From contig CAVVUN010000012.1 of assembly GCA_963751455.1 (NCBI GenBank), forward strand, positions 352,001-416,000: a stretch of 64,000 bases of DNA. Reading direction: 5' to 3'. The DNA is from Nitrospirota bacterium. GTDB taxonomy: Bacteria; Nitrospirota; UBA9217. The notes beneath the pieces were generated by a model, which was given only the letters and a program-made list of their open reading frames with translations, searched no databases and was not told the DNA's origin. Every line of letters begins with the position of its first letter. Within the stretch, counting starts at the first letter, position 1. Made by a program: the position numbers and the translations under genes. Below are positions 62,351 through 64,000 of the stretch, one piece after another.

Positions 62351-64000
62351 TTACCGCGCCGGCATCGTAAAATAGAAACTGGACCCCTCTCCCGGCTTGG
62401 CTTCCGCCCAAATTCGTCCGCCGTGCCGTTCCACGATTTTCCTGCAGATGGCGAGCCCGATGCCGGTGCCGGGGTATTCCTCCCGGCTGTGCAGACGCTG
62501 GAATATTGTGAAGATACGGTCATAGAAACCGGGATCGATGCCGATGCCGTTGTCATGCACGCCGAACACCCATTCTTTGCCTTTGGACGCCGCGGAAACA
62601 CGGATCTGTGGCTGTTCGCCTTTCCTCCTGAATTTAATGGCGTTACTGATAAGGTTTTGCATGAGTTGAACCAGCTGAGAGTCGTCGCCGTACAGGACCG
62701 GCAGTTCCTTGAAATCGATCACCGCCTTGCTCTCTTCTATGGACATCTTCAGATTGGCAATCGCCTGCCTGAGTATCTCTTCCATATTTACCGGAGCAAA
62801 TTCCTTTCCTTTTGTTCCGGCCCTTGAATATGTCAGAAGATCGTTAATCAATACAGACATGCGGTTCGCCCCATCAACCGCGAAGGAGATGTACTTGTCG
62901 GCTTTTTCATCGAGCTTCCCGGAGTATTTCCGGGAAAGGAGCTGCAGGAAACTCGCGACCGTTCGGAGCGGCTCCAGCAGGTCATGAGAGGCCGCATAGG
63001 CGAAGTGCTGAAGCTCCTTGTTCGAGCGCTCGAGCTCGGCCAGGGTCTTCTTCAGCTCCTCCTCTGCCAGCTTGCGCTGCGTTATATTCCGCACGATCCC
63101 TATTGAATTCCATTTATCTTTCAGTTTTATGGCGGCAAGCGAGAGCTCCACGGGGAATTCCGTTCCATCCTTTCTTTGCGCCTCGATTTCGTAGGTCTTT
63201 CCTATAAATTTGCCGTGGCCGGTCGCCTTGAAGGCCTCAAAGCCGCGTACATGATCCAGTCTATAGCGCTCCGGCATGATAAAATTATGAAGGTTTTTGC
63301 CGATCATCTCTTCACTGGTATATCCGAACATGTTTGTTGCGGCATCGTTCCAGAACCCGACGGTCCCTTCATTATTGATCAGGATGACCGCATCCTGCGC
63401 CGCAGAGGCGATATTGCGGAACTTGCTTTCGCTCTCCCTGAGCGCGTCTTCGGCCATTATCCGGTCCGTAATATCGTTAAAAACGGCGACACCCGCAATG
63501 ATCCGGTCCCGCACATCTCGAATCGGCGCCGCACTTACACTGATCACCCCGGCATCGCCGTTTTCCCGGGTGATCCTGATCTCTTCCCCGGTGATAATCT
63601 CGCCTTTGCGGATGGAGCGCGTAAGCGGCCATTCCTCAAGCTCATAGGGCCTTCCATCATGATGAAATCCTTTATAGCGATCATATTCAGCGCTTTCGGC
63701 GGCTTTGAGGAACGGATGTCCCAGGATCCGCTCGAGCTGCTCGTTTCCACGGATCAATTTTCCGGACGGCGCTTCGGCGATGAGGACCCCCGCCGGCATT
63801 TCCTCCAGCACCGCATTGAACCGGCCGCGCTCTTCCTGCGCCTGTTCCAGCAGCCGGTCGCGTTCCTCGATAAGCCGGGCATTTTCCAGGGCCAAAGACA
63901 GCAGCGCAGCGGCACGTTCGGCGAACTCGATCTCGATATCGGGAAATTTCATTTTCGGAGACAGGTAATGGAAAAAGAGGGAACCGATTATCCTTTCTTT
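62351..64000 (-). CDS. GAF-PAS-PAS histidine kinase (Cph1-type), 5'-truncated by the window edge
   Basis: Frame stays open to 64000; SLALENARL; ASHDLLEPLR; NLISNAIKF; GTGIGLA. Confidence 0.92.
   Translation of the reverse strand, partial: KERIIGSLFFHYLSPKMKFPDIEIEFAERAAALLSLALENARLIEERDRLLEQAQEERGRFNAVLEEMPAGVLIAEAPSGKLIRGNEQLERILGHPFLKAAESAEYDRYKGFHHDGRPYELEEWPLTRSIRKGEIITGEEIRITRENGDAGVISVSAAPIRDVRDRIIAGVAVFNDITDRIMAEDALRESESKFRNIASAAQDAVILINNEGTVGFWNDAATNMFGYTSEEMIGKNLHNFIMPERYRLDHVRGFEAFKATGHGKFIGKTYEIEAQRKDGTEFPVELSLAAIKLKDKWNSIGIVRNITQRKLAEEELKKTLAELERSNKELQHFAYAASHDLLEPLRTVASFLQLLSRKYSGKLDEKADKYISFAVDGANRMSVLINDLLTYSRAGTKGKEFAPVNMEEILRQAIANLKMSIEESKAVIDFKELPVLYGDDSQLVQLMQNLISNAIKFRRKGEQPQIRVSAASKGKEWVFGVHDNGIGIDPGFYDRIFTIFQRLHSREEYPGTGIGLAICRKIVERHGGRIWAEAKPGEGSSFYFTMPAR

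Noticed and set aside
12367-63968. Numerous antisense/shadow ORFs (e.g. 45959-47209, 52226-53734, 33558-34478)
   Set aside because: They overlap well-supported genes on the opposite strand, recur with the paralogues and have no recognisable motifs.

Overview
The window has two parts. (1) About 190-10850 is an accessory/defence block. It holds a frameshift-split Type IIG (Eco57I-like) restriction-modification gene, a compact Shedu (DUF4263) nuclease, a 1394-aa NACHT/STAND ATPase with a C-terminal PD-(D/E)XK-like domain and a small membrane protein, all tightly spaced on the + strand. The stretch 3.5-9.4 kb is visibly AT-richer than the rest and ends at a decayed tRNA-Arg(CCT) fragment. A nucleotidyltransferase gene pair and a broken four-helix-bundle gene follow. 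(2) About 12370-64000 is a roughly 50-kb signalling super-cluster. It has eleven GGDEF-EAL paralogues, all on the - strand, whose N-termini are assembled from a small, reused set of PAS modules. It also has four Cph1/BphP-type histidine kinases with Rcp1-type response regulators, a porin + PhnD-like binding protein + HAMP-GGDEF-EAL module, and an ErcA-like Fe-ADH coupled to a GGDEF-EAL. Finally, an 8-PAS protein (351-bp tandem unit) ends in a 'GRELKMVELKKE' helix next to a kinase that starts with five 21-aa 'A(M/V/I)(L/F)N(I/L)LxD' repeats. Most spacers carry REP/MITE-like palindromes of several families, some nested inside one another. Many single-base frameshifts look like long-read assembly errors. 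The repeat style and gene content suggest an anaerobic Nitrospirota/Desulfobacterota-like genome (inference only).
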